Of a stretch of DNA of 64,000 nt, positions 13,230 to 27,351 are shown piece by piece. Each line of letters opens with the position of its first letter. The first letter of the stretch is position 1. Origin of the DNA: Utricularia gibba (Eukaryota > Plantae > Magnoliophyta); assembly GCA_002189035.1 (NCBI GenBank), contig NEEC01000019.1, forward strand, positions 1,860,001 through 1,924,000. Direction: 5' to 3'. A program made the translations under genes and the position numbers. The notes beneath the pieces are model-generated. The model ran no database searches, was not told the origin of the DNA, and saw nothing but the letters and a program-made list of their open reading frames with translations.

Positions 13230-14785
13230 ATGGATGAAATGAGGGATAAGATGAAGGGTTTGATGAAGAAGGTCAACTTCTCCTCTTCATCGTCTGGGAA
13301 ATTCAAGGGCCAGGGTAGAGTTCTCGGATCCTCATCTTCCTCTTCACCTTCACCCTCACCTTCACCTTCATTGCGCAATTCCAATCCTCCTCCTCCTCCT
13401 CGCAAGATTATTACCCCTCGTGAACCTGAATCCGATCCCAAGAAAGTGGAAATCCCGGTACTCCCGAATCCGAGTTCTGAAACTGGCTTTGATCCGTTCA
13501 ATTCTTTGATTACTTCGGGGAAAAGGAACCCGAATGGGTATTCCTTGAAAGTGTTCGAGTGTCCTGGTTGTGGTCGAGGATATAGTTCCGAGGAGGAGGT
13601 ATCTGCCCACATTGATTCATGTGCGGAAAGCTCGAAATCAGTTATTGAGGGCGAGAGCACAGCAGCCGAAGAAGGACAATCAGAATCAAATGTTAATGGG
13701 GATCAATTGCAGGAATGCATCAGTACTTACGTTTCTGGGAAACCGAGCGATGCCGCGATTGAGGTTGTGATTAAACTGCTGAGGAATGTAGTGAAAGAGC
13801 CTGGGAACTCAAAGTTTAGGAGAATTAGATTGGTGAATCCCAAGATAAAAGAGGCAATTGCTGATATTCCTGGAGGAGTTGAGTTGCTAGAATACATAGG
13901 TTTTGTGCTTAAAGACGAGGATGGGGATATGTTCCTGATTATGGAAGAAGAACCCACAGAGCTCGTGATTAATTTAGCTGTGAATGCTGTCTCACTTTTG
14001 GAGAAGAAGAATCAGCCTCCTGCTGAACCACGAACATTGGAGAAGCGTGAGAAACCAGAGCCTGTTCAGCCCAAGCAATTCGACAGACAGGTTCTTTAGA
14101 AAAAAACTCTACATTGGCTAACAAGCATCTCTTCTAGTCGCCATTTTCGTCTGTCGTTCAAAATGCATGATCTGTTCATTGTAGATTCGTGTGTTCTTCT
14201 CGGTGCCGGAGAGTGTAGCAGCGAGGATTGAGGTGCCGGATTCGTTTTACAACCTGACAGCTGAAGAAGTGAAGCGGGAAGCGGAGATGAGAAGGAGAAA
14301 GATAGAGGAATCGAAGCTTTTGATCCCCAAATCATACAGAGAAAAACAAGCACAAGCAAGCAAACGGCGTTACAAGAGAACACTCATACGTGTACAGTTC
14401 CCGGACGGTGTCGTGCTGCAAGCCATTTTCTCTCCTTCAGAGGCAACCATAGCCCTATACGAGGTGCTGATCCGTTGCATTCTTGATCACTGTTGACGCT
14501 TCAGTTTCTTGAATCTTGTTGCTTTTTTTGTGGATGAATCAGTTCGTTAGCTCGGCACTCAAGGATCCAAGCCTCCAGTTCGAACTGTTGCACCCGGTTG
14601 TGGTGAAGCGGCGCGTAATCCCACATTCCACCGGCGCCGGCGAGAAGCGGGTGACTCTAGAAGACGAGGATCTGGTTCCTTCTGCTCTTCTCAAGTTCAA
14701 ACCCATCGAAACCGACGACGTCGTTTTCACTGGGCTGTCCAACGAACTCCTCCTCATAAGCGAGCCTCTCCAGCCCGGTCCATAA
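13230..14785 (+). CDS. PUX2: Plant UBX domain-containing protein 2 (Zn finger, PUB, UBX; CDC48 adaptor), 3 exons
   Basis: Exons 13230-14090, 14185-14463, 14543-14785. [28 protein letters not shown]...HIDSC, PUB motif [13 protein letters not shown] and UBX motif [11 protein letters not shown]. Confidence 0.95.
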
Positions 14786-15280
14786 ATTCATACGCCATAT
14801 TCTATTGATTGTAATTTTTAGAAATCGTTCAATTCAATTATACTCTTCTTATCTTTATTTATTTATTTTTATCCAATGAAAATTATAAAAAATAAAAACT
14901 ATAGGGTGACCTCATTTTGAGATGAGATTAAGATAGTATTTGATAATATATTATAAAAGATTTATAGTCAAATTTACACATAAATCATTGATTTATTAGT
15001 ATATATATATATTAAGTTTGTATTATTATATCATTTATATATTTATTTTTTGAGTATGTAGATACTAAATATAAATGAAAAAGGTTTAATTATAGTTATA
15101 TCACTCACATAATTATATTCCTATTATAATATATTAAATATCATATAAAATTAAGTACATAATACCCAATTATCATATTATCCAACCATCTCTAACACAA
15201 CAATAAATTATTAATATCGATCCGGCCCGGCCCGGCCCGGGCCGTTGGAGGAGGACCCGCTATTTTTCCTCCCCTTCTCC

Positions 15281-15964
15281 CACGTGCTTAAAGCAGAAAC
15301 CGCGTTTGCCTTAGAGATGGGGCCCACAATAGAGTATTAGAAAAAACAATTTATTATTTTGTTACGTGGATTGATTGCAATATTGTAATTATATTATTTG
15401 TTTATTCAGTTATTTATCCATCTACTGCTGGCTTAGGTTTGCATCCCCACGCGGATGAGAGGTGCGTGGAGGGACAACTTGGGGTAATGGGGTTATTAAT
15501 CTATTTTATTAAAATCTTTGTTATTAATTAAACTAATAAAGACCCAAATCAAAGAGTTAATTACCGGGGGGAGTCACGCGCAAAATTCAAAGGTTGAGTT
15601 GGAGTACGTATCTGGTACTGATTTAGGCCTCGTGATCTAATGCCGACACTGCATCTGGGTGACACGTGGGCCGCTGTGATCGGCCATCCCGTCGGGAAAA
15701 TTTTCCCCTGCGCCGCGGTTGCACCGTGCTCCCCCTTGTGCCGGTAAAAGTCACCCGCCTAGTGATCCGCTCTAGATCCTGATGCCTCCTCCCGCGGGTG
15801 AAACAGCCCGCTGTCCCCCCTCGTTTTTTAAAAGAATTATTTTATTTTTATAATTAATATTTGGATAATTTTAGACATCCACTGGTACGGCAGTTGATTC
15901 GAGGACATTCTTGGGGAAAAGGATTTCACTGGTTCTTCTGTGGAAACTGCGGTCTGGGCACGTG
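15281..15964 (+). promoter_or_regulatory. Three G-boxes (CACGTG) upstream of the JAZ gene
   Basis: CACGTG at 15281-15286, 15663-15668 and 15959-15964, 0.4-1.1 kb upstream of the JAZ ATG. Sites are seen directly; MYC2 binding is inferred. Confidence 0.5.
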
Positions 15965-16363
15965 ATGCGCGGTCCCGGTGATCGGAACGGGGCGCGCGGT
16001 GGAGGAAGATCGGGTCGCCCCTCTGAATCGGGCATTTAAGAAAGATGAGGTGTTGGGATGAGGTGTGACAAAAAGGCGTAGGAAGCTACAATTCAATGGA
16101 GGCTGGCTGAAACTGACTCCTCGGGTACAATCTCCATCGTCATTAAATAGTGTTGGAAAGCCTGCGAATTACCCCTATTGTTTTCCAGCATTACGGACAA
16201 CCCGTGCCCACAAGGGCTCCCGTTGTTCTCTCTCTTCTCTCCTCTGAGTGGCTCGGGTCACCTATATCTGTGCTGCCGTACCCTTTCTGCCTTCAGTGAC
16301 TCCGCTTCCATCCTCTGGTTTTGATGCTTGTGATTTCTTGAGCCCTTCTGGGGTTTTAGAGGT

Positions 16364-17663
16364 ATGGAGATGGACTTTATGGGCTTGAGTTCTAGGAATC
16401 CTATTGTTGTTAAGGAGGAGATCGTTGAAGGACCCTCTGAAGATTTGGGTGAGTCTTCGCCTCCTTGATTCCTCATTTTTCTTGTATTGGGATTCTGCTG
16501 AATTCGTTTCTTTAGTTAATTTTGTCTGATCTTGTGTGTTTGGCGGAGACCCAGTTTAAAGGAATGGATTTGTTGAGTCAGTTGTGTGATGGAAGGTAGA
16601 ACTGAAAGGGGGGTTGAGTTTCCTGATTTTTCTTTTCTTCAATTGGTTTCACGGCAGGATTTGGCCGGAGCTCCGGCGTCCCGTGGCTGCTTCCGGCCAA
16701 GCCTTTGGCCCTTTTTCAGTTCTCGTCTGTGAAATCTGAACAATCTGAGAAACTGGGCAAGGTAAAATAGTTGTTTCGTCTCCGTCCTTTTTTCAACCTC
16801 TATGCGTCTTGATTTATGGCTGTTTTTTTTTTTTTTTTTACCAGAGTTCTCCAGGCCACTTTCTGGGTAGAATTCCCACTGTTCCAGTGACTGATAAAGG
16901 GTAAAAAGGATTGCCAAAGTTTGTTTCAGTTTTGTTCGATCAGGGAGTGTGAATCTGATTTCTTCTGATGCATTTGTTGTAGGGTGAAGAACAAGGCAGT
17001 GAATCCGTCGGCTCAATTAACCATATTCTACGGCGGAGCCGTCACTGTTTTCGATGAAATCACGCCGGAGAAGGTACCTAGATAGATCTCTCTCCGCCGT
17101 CGATTCACGACTCATCTGTTTGTTCTGATTTCGTGAATTCGTTAGGCCCAGGCCATAATCTGTATGGCCGGTAAAGGAGCTCCAAAAGTCGTCGTCGGCG
17201 ACCCCGCTCCAACCTCCGGCCACCGCAGCCCCATCTCCGCCGATTCCACGAACCCCCCTCCTCCCGCTAACGATTGCGAAACAGTCAAAGTGGAGACTCC
17301 CAAACTCATCCCCTCCGCCTCCGCCATGATCTCCTCAGGTTTCCTCTTAAAACACAAACTGCCCCTTAAAAATTACGCCGCAACTGGGATTACTGAACTC
17401 TTCTATTTCCTACAGCCGTTCCTCAGGCCCGGAAAGCCTCGCTGGTTCGATTCCTGGAGAAGCGCAAGGAGAGGTAACCATTCCACACCTTCTACCCCGA
17501 TTCAGAGGCAATCTGTCCATCATTAACCGGCTTCCATTCCAGGGCGATGAGTGCGGCGCCGTACACGATGACCAAGAAATCTCCGGAACAGAGGGAAGTG
17601 GCCTCCTCCGCAATCTCCGGCGCTGGCTCCACCTCCGGCAAGGAGATCGCCGATGATGTTTGA
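16364..17663 (+). CDS. JAZ/TIFY jasmonate repressor (JAZ3/4/9-like), 7 exons
   Basis: Exons 16364-16448, 16658-16761, 16845-16900, 16983-17073, 17146-17338, 17416-17473, 17543-17663. MEMDFMGL N-terminus, AQLTIFYGGAVTVFDEITPEKAQAII (ZIM domain) and VPQARKASLVRFLEKRKER...SAAPY (Jas motif). Confidence 0.94.
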
Positions 17664-18424
17664 CGGGGAGGAGCGGCGCGGCAGCTGTGTGTCTTCTAAC
17701 CGATAAATAGTACAACTAAGCGTACAATAAAAGTGTTACCACCACCTATCCAGCAGCAGGGGCATGCACAATCTGAGTAATTCTTCCAAGTTCCAGACTC
17801 CATGGATGGTATTGGTGTTGTTGGTGTTGGTGTTGTCCAGAATTTTCAACATTCCGCCGGGTAATGGTCCCGGCCGCCGGGAGTTGTCAGTGCTTCACGG
17901 AATCTTCATCCGAAACCCGCCTCCCATGCTTTTATTATTTAATACTATTTTCTTTTACCGCGTGCTGCAATAAATAATATAGTCTATACGCTTTCTTTTT
18001 ATTTTAATTTTCGGTTTTTGCTTTTTAATATTATATTAATATTTTAATATAAAGCCTTAAACCGCTCACAATTGGAGACTCCATCTTGTTACCGATTGAA
18101 TTTGAAAATTAACAATAATACCCATCACGATTCCATTCTTGTATTGTACAATTTTTTTTTGTTTACTTACAATATTATATATTTTAATTTCTTATTTAAA
18201 ATAAGGTTTGATTACAATTCTTGTTTATATTCACTCTTTTTAAACACTTAGCATACTTATTGATTATCCCCTCATTTCATTGGTATGAGTTAAGGCTTGA
18301 TTTTAATATCAAATATCATGAATTCATCTTTAATTTATATAATGTTGTTCGTTTTAAACACTAAACCTTCATAGTTTTAAATGCATGTGACAAATGAATA
18401 TATTATATGTAGTGTATGACTTCT

Positions 18425-19369
18425 TCAAACAAAGTTAAAATGGCAGGAGTCACATACAAAGCCAGACGATCCTAAATCTCTGGGATCAGCATGCCTGCTG
18501 CAGCATGGCTTGTTGCATAAACTGCATTTAGGCTGCTGTGTGATCCAGCATTCTGAACACATTGCATCCTCGCAACAAGTCTCCTCTATTTCATCATCCT
18601 TCTTCAAGCAAGCTCCACATTCTATGCATCTAACAACGCAGAGGGTGCATCCCCTGCATATCACCACCCCACATGAAGCTTTGGGGCAGTCGAAAACCAG
18701 CCCCACTTCGTTGCATTTGGGGCATATATCGACATCAATCTCAGGTCCAGCCTTCATTCTTTGGAGGGGGAGAGTTTCATGTACTCATGGTAAAGCACCT
18801 TGCTTTCCCTTACCTGTTTTCCTTTGTTCACGAGTTGCTGTAGAGTTTTGAGTTGCCGCTGAGTGAAGCAGATACTGTGGATACTAATTCGATTCAGTCT
18901 TACATGTTTGGCTGCTTCGATGATTGCCTCTGGTGTTAAGCTTGTGCAGCCTGGTAAATACATCTGAAAGTGTAGTTACTGTAAGGTTAGTTGATCCAAA
19001 CTAAATACTACAAAGGGAAGCAATTAGCACCTCAGTGATGTTTGGATTAGATGCGACAACTCTCAGCAGCCCATCATCTGTAACCTTTGAACAGTTGATG
19101 AGAGCAAGAACCTGAATTCTGCCTTTTCCTCTGGAAGCCAGTTCCATTAGAATAGCATCTGTGAGCCGATAGCTCAAGGGCCGATCGAAAAAAGGTTTCA
19201 ACCATGGAAGTATGTCGTTTCTCACCGCATCTCTGAGTGATTTGCAGACTTGGGCCATCGCCAGAATTTCATACACGGGAAGATAGGCCAAAACGAAGAA
19301 TACAGCTTCGTGGGGCGAGCGCTCATGCTCTGATGCCGAACAATCCCCATCCAATTCGCTGTGATCCAT
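18425..19369 (-). CDS. SKIP28: F-box protein SKIP28/SKIP14-like with Cys-rich C-terminus (apparent frameshift near 18760-18770)
   Basis: Exons 19369-19031 and 18963-18425. PHEAVFFVLAYLPVYE (F-box), LINCSKVTDDGL, LPGCTSLTPEAI and IDVDICPKC...CRGCTLCVVRCIECG...CSLCNKPC. The frame breaks after LYHEYMKLSP. Confidence 0.85.
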
Positions 19370-19851
19370 AGTGGGTCTCTTTGATTGATAGTGAAGATTT
19401 ATTTTGGAGATGGTGTGGGAATGCAAACCCTGTAAGCAAAGAAACTAGAGCCCCAGGATAAGGCTTTGAAGCAAGAAGTCAAGATAAATCTAGTGATATC
19501 CAAAGCCCAGAAAGGTTACGGCCCCACGACAGAAAAAAGAAAAAGAAATATATCCCACCATCAAATCAACTTGATGCTCACGAATACAAGAAGTTCATTT
19601 GTCCAAACTACATCACCAAAACATCATTCAAGCATTTCATCAAACATGAGCAAGGCAGCAGAAAACGGCAAGCCACTTCCGTGCTTCCCACCCAGGAGGA
19701 GCATTATCGTCATCATCTCGCATAAAATCAGGAGTATGGAAGACGTTCTACCTCGGTGGAAGCAACGTTCCAAACCAAAAGACAACATTTTTACACACAA
19801 AGAAGAAAAAAAAGGGGAGAGGGGGTTGATGGCATGATAAAATCCAATCAA

Positions 19852-20401
19852 TCAACAGTCATGTGGGGTGATGGCAGTTTTGAAGAGGAGCACGTAGAGG
19901 TTGTCAATTGAGAAGTACAGGAAACCGCCCAGCGAATGAGTGACGAAGGAGCCAAAGCTTGTCCCGACGATGCAATGCCAAGCTGGGCCGTACGCTGAGT
20001 CGAACTCCTGCAACACCACACCCAGATACACTTGTACAACAATGTACTCAAATATCGAGTTTCATTTCCAATATTTCAAAATAAAATCACGGAACTTCAA
20101 GAACTCCTGCAGGGGCGTTTACCTTCTTGAGTTGAAGAGCCAGAGCCTTGCTGTGAACGTTTCGAGGCGCAGGCACAGAAAGCGAACGCAGAAACGCGGT
20201 GGCGACATTGAAAGCGTGGTTCTGCAACGACAAGGGCATATCCGCAGCCCTGACTCTGACCACCAACCTCGCGTCTCCCCCACCAGAACCATCACCACCC
20301 TCGCATTTCTTCTTCGCGTTCTGATTCAGCTTCTGCTTCATTATCAAGTCTCTCAAGAACTTGCTCCTCCGCTCCAGCTCTTGCTCAGCCCCCTCCATCA
20401 A
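19852..20401 (-). CDS. Dynein light chain type 1 family protein, 2 exons
   Basis: Exons 20401-20123 and 20007-19852. [53 protein letters not shown]. Confidence 0.93.
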
Positions 20402-21283
20402 GTGTCTAGCCGCCGCCCAACCGAGAGCTTCGAAGAAGAAGAAGAAGAAGAGATGGAGAGCAATGGGCGCGGAGTGGATCGTACAAGTAGCGTCATCAGG
20501 TCGTCAGTCAAAGCAACACCAAAAGGGAAAAGTTGAAGAATCTCGTGTCTCCAAGGGCATGAATTATCTGTTGACTCGGATTCATTCATGCGCCTTGCTT
20601 CTTTTGCCGGGCACGTGATGCAACAAGGAGCGTGGAAGCCTTGTCCCCTCACGCGAAATGCGTTACTTTTTTCTAATTTTCTTTTTAATAAATAATTCGT
20701 ATTTATCTTAATTATGAGAAATAATCAATAACTAAAATGAGTAATTTTTATATCTTCGTATTATTTTAATTAATAAGTAAATAAAATTTTACTCTAAAAT
20801 GAATATTTATGATCATTTTTTTAACAATAAATATTTTTTAACATGTAACTCTATGTATAAAATTCAAATAATATTTATTTTCAAAAATTTCTTTATACAA
20901 AATATTAACTAAATTAAATTGTTAAGAAACCACATATTTGAGATTATTATTAATAAAAATAAATATGTTTTAAAATTAAAGAAATGAGGTGCAAAAAGGA
21001 GAAACATGAAAATATTTGAAGACCCGGTAAAATCGTAAAAGCTGCGAAGGTGTCTGGTGGGGCCGGGGCGTGGATCCATCTATCAGTTCCGGACGATGTA
21101 ACAGTGAAATGTGAGCCCACGCGGCGCCCCGTGCCTGTCACATCAGCCTTTTTACTGTTTGGTTGACCGCAGTACATTTTCCCCAAAGCAAGTCAATTTT
21201 CTTTTTTCTTTTTACCTTTTTGTTTTCCCAACAAGTAAATGGAACTCCTCCTTTCCCCTTTGTTTCTGGAAGGTAATAATACA

Positions 21284-22212
21284 TCAAAGTATGCATCTTA
21301 TCTCTGCATTCGAGGCATTGCCGGGGGCACGCCAGCCCCGCGATTGTGTAGCTCCATGTGTTCCGTGCCATCCTGAGTAGAAAAGAGAAAAAAGAAATAG
21401 TTTATTATTGAAATTAAGTATAAGATATATGTAATGAAATTTAAATACATAAGAAACATGTATCATATTATAAAACATGAGATCTAATTAGTTATTGATG
21501 ATACTTAATATCTTATATACTTGATTACTTAAATGAAATTAATTGTTTTAATATTTAGATGGAGATGAGGAGGAGATGGGAATAGGAGTGAATACCTAGA
21601 GACATGTCGAAGCCTTGATTTCGGAGCTCACGATACTCTTGGCAGAGGGCGCACGGCTCGCACCAAAAATGAAGCAGGCAGTCTCCACCGGGGGACTCCT
21701 GCAGCGAGTAGAGCTTCCGCATTTTGGTGCGATAGAAGCACGAGTAGAGGCAAGGGAACCCGGTGACACATGAAATCACGGCGTACAGCGCCCCGGCCAC
21801 GCCATAAGCTGCACACGTTGCATGGAGATTTTATGCAAGTTTTTGCTTGCTATATGTGCGGGCTGGTGCTCGTTATCATGGGGTTGTGGGTGCCTGAATT
21901 CTGTCATTATGAGCAAAGGGAGGAGACTCACAGCTTGATCCTCTATCCACAATCTCGGCTACAAGCCCAAAGGTGACGCAGGGACACCAAAAAGTGATGC
22001 AACCTAAGGACAGCATGATGTAGATAAACTGATGGGAGGGTGCATGGGACAACGCAACGATTGTACAACTTACAGTTTTTGAGATCAGAGAAGCAGCCAA
22101 AGAGGCCTGTAGACCAGGCGACTTTCGCGCCCTCGTAGTTGAAGGACGGAGGGGGTGCCGCCGGAGGAGGGGCGGAGCTGTAACCGGGCAGAGTCTGATG
22201 ATTAGTGCTCAT
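21284..22212 (-). CDS. PLAC8-family PLANT CADMIUM RESISTANCE / cell number regulator protein, 4 exons
   Basis: Exons 22212-22074, 22003-21932, 21808-21596, 21372-21284. [20 protein letters not shown] (CCxxxxCPC), [20 protein letters not shown]. Confidence 0.92.
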
Positions 22213-22428
22213 ATTACGATCAATGGAACAGCAGGAATCCCGTTCTTTTGCACATTTATGGCCAGGAAAAGAAGTGAATATTGGAAAAAAATAGGAAGGA
22301 GACAAGTCATGTGAGCCAATGAAATTATAGTGAAGCATAACATCATCCACACTAACTCGTCATAAACACTTCAAAATTCCCAATTTACAAAAGAATAGTT
22401 AGGTATTCACCTGCAACTTACTTGGAGC

Positions 22429-24342
<1,914 letters not shown>

Positions 24343-24602
24343 CCAGCGAGGTCTTGTCAACCGGGACCATTATTCATCGAGTAACTGAATTCAGAGGTTA
24401 CGTATGCTGTGAAACTAGCACCCCACCAAAGAGCGCGTGCGAAGACCAATTCTCTGCGAGCAAGCACACAGAATTTAGATTCCATGAACGCTCATCATTC
24501 TGATCTCAGTCAACGACAAAGTAATCACAGGAATATTCTTTCTTTTTTTTATAGAAGCTGATCCTTAACCGACTCTCGGACATCATCCGTACATCCGGCC
24601 AC

Positions 24603-24706
24603 TGGGCTTTTACTGTAATGTTGTCGGGTCTCTAGGATTTCTGTACTCTGGTTGCTGGATGCTTTACTGCTTTGGGCCTAAACTTTTGGGCCCCGTTTAA
24701 AGCCCA
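24603..24706. promoter_or_regulatory. Cluster of four site II (TGGGCY) elements in the divergent RLK/MiaB spacer
   Basis: TGGGCT 24603-24608, TGGGCC 24673-24678 and 24687-24692, AGCCCA 24701-24706. Site II elements are common in promoters of nuclear genes for mitochondrial and translation functions. Confidence 0.5.
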
Positions 24707-25047
24707 GTTAGAGGTCTAGAATTGTGCAGCGGTTTATCGAATGGAGAAGAAAAATCTGATCTCACTTCAGCGGTTGCCGTTGCCGTTGCCGGTGATTCTT
24801 GGCGGCGGTTTTCGGAGTTTCCGATCTCGAAGTAGTACTGTATTCTTGGCTTAGAACTCAATTCCTCGTTCATTCCTCCACGATTACTCCTTTCGCGGTA
24901 ATCTGGGGAGACTATCGCGTCTTGTTCTATCTCTTCTAGTTCCATGGATTCTTGAGTAGCCCTTTTCTAGTTCTATAGGTTATTGTTGTTTGCTGCTGCT
25001 CGCACATTGCTCCACGCTTCCTTATTTCGCTGTAATCTGAAGGGTTT

Positions 25048-27351
25048 ATGGCGTCTTGTTCTATCTCTTCCGCCGTTGGCCACCAGTGGCGCGTGAACCT
25101 CTCTTGGAGATGTTCGATTCTCAGCCGAGGCCTTTTTACTTCGGATTCGAGACAATCGTTGCTGGCTTTTTATGGTAGCCGCCGTGTTCCTCGCCGAGCC
25201 TCCGTTTCAGGCTTTTCCCTCAAGCCGTCGAGGAGTTTTTCGCAGTCGTCGTCCAATTCCGCCACGTTTCCGGATGCGCTGGGACTTCATGATTTCGTGC
25301 TCAAAGCGGGTTCCATGGTCACTGAGCCAGTCGTTTCTGATTCCCATTCCGAGTGAGTATTTCTGTTTGCTATTGGTTTGGATAGTGGTGACAGGTGCTT
25401 TGGTAGCCCTTTTCCAGTTGCATGCCAGTAAGCTACTAAGGCCTCGGCTTGTATTACATCGGCTTCATTCACTTTCTTCTTGTAGCTCATGCATAATTTA
25501 TGGTATAATCTTTTTTTCAGTGCAGTTCCCAGTCTCGGCTTCAATTTGTTCTCAACCTAATTGTCCTGCATTGTCGGAAATCCGATTAGCTTCTTTTTTT
25601 TCTTGGAACCTTTGTCTGCTTTCAGAAAAAAAAAGGGTCATGCTGCTATATTGTTTCTTTTCATAGGTGTAGCTCGCCTCCATCTGATGTCGTTTCGAGA
25701 GGCCGTATTTATCATGAAACCTATGGATGCCAGATGAATGTGAACGATATGGAAATCGTAATATCTATAATGAAGAAGGCAGGATATACTGAAGTTGTAG
25801 AGGTTCCTGAGAGTGCAGAAATCATATTTATAAACACATGTGCAATCAGAGACAATGCTGAGCAAAGAGTGTGGCAGAGGCTTAATTATTTTTGGTTTTT
25901 GAAGAGGCAATGGAAAAGCAATGTTGCTACTGGAAGATCAGAGTCCAAGCATCCTCCTAAAGTTGTTGTACTTGGTTGCATGGCTGAGAGACTCAAGGAA
26001 AAAATTTTGGATGCAGAGAAAATGGTCGATGTTGTTTGTGGTCCTGATGCATATCGGGACTTGCCACGGCTATTAGAAGACGTAGATGCAGGCCATAAAG
26101 GGGTCAACACACTGTTATCACTTGAAGAAACTTATGCTGATATTAAGCCGGTCCGTATTGCAAAGAATTCAATCAGTGCCTTTGTCTCCATAATGCGGGG
26201 TTGCAATAACATGTGCTCATTCTGTATTGTTCCTTTCACGAGAGGGAGGGAACGGTCACGCCCAATTGAATCCATTGTGAGAGAGGTGGCTGAACTTTCA
26301 AATGAAGGGGTGAAAGAGGTTACTCTTCTTGGCCAGAATGTAAACAGTTACAATGACACATCTAGTCTTGAAGAGGTGAATTCAGGTGCCAACTGGAAGT
26401 ACAGCGATGGCTTTTCCAGCATGTGCAAGGTCAAGAATATGGGAGTACGTTTTGCAGATCTCCTCGACAAGCTTGCAGTAGAATTTCCAGAGATGAGATT
26501 CCGTTACACCTCCCCTCATCCAAAGGAGTTTCCTGATGAATTGTTGTATGTCATGCGAGACAGATACAATATTTGCAAAAGCATCCATTTGCCAGCACAA
26601 TCTGGCAGCAGTGCTGTGCTAGAACGAATGCGGAGAGGATATACACGAGAAGCATACTTAGATCTGGTAGAACAGATAAGAACTTTAATTCCAGATATGG
26701 GTATCACCAGTGATTTCATCTCGGGTATGTCAAGATTCTGCAGTTATCAGTATTCATTTCATAGATTCACATTGTCATTGCATCATATACCGAGAGTAGT
26801 GTTTGAGTGTGCTCATTCTTACTCTGTTTTGTTGATCTGCAGGTTTTTGTGGGGAAACAGAACAGGATCATGAGGAAACTTTAAGTCTAGTAAAAGCTGT
26901 TGGCTATGATATGGCATATATGTTTGCTTATAGCATGAGGGAGAAAACTCATGCTCACCGCAACTATGTCGATGATGTTCCTGATGATGTAAAGCAACGT
27001 CGGTTGGCTGAACTCATAGAAACGTTCAGAGAGAGCACAGGCACATGCTATGACTCCAGAGTTGGGTGCACCGAACTCGTATTAGTCGATGGTCCGAACA
27101 GGCGAGCTCCGGACACCGAACTCATTGGAAAAAGTGATAGAGGGCATAGAGTATCATTTGTAAAACTCCCGGTTCCAGACAGGCTCAACAATCATCTCAC
27201 AAGGATCCCAGAAACAGGTGATTTTGTAGAAGTGCACATCTCAAGGTCGACCAGAGCATCTCTGCATGGGGAAGCACTTGCCATCACAAAACTGAGCTCA
27301 TTCTACGCTGACAACCATGGACAATCTGTGGCTTATGCCAACGCAGCTTAA
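25048..27351 (+). CDS. CDK5RAP1: MiaB/CDK5RAP1-like tRNA methylthiotransferase (radical SAM, TRAM), organelle-targeted, 3 exons
   Basis: Exons 25048-25352, 25667-26724, 26843-27351. Ser/Arg-rich transit peptide, [32 protein letters not shown] (CX3CX2C), GQNVNSY, HLPAQSG and GFCGET. Confidence 0.96.

Noticed and set aside
19370-19851. Possible dicistronic dynein light chain / F-box transcript, or a uORF (19624-19851)
   Set aside because: The ORF starts at TTG directly after the dynein stop and has no recognisable conservation. The gap contains a TGGGCT site II and a TATA-like motif, adequate for a compact promoter.
24697-24945. 82-aa minus-strand ORF MELEEIEQDA...
   Set aside because: Antisense to the MiaB leader and partly made of the duplicated MiaB start and GTTGCC repeats; no family motif.
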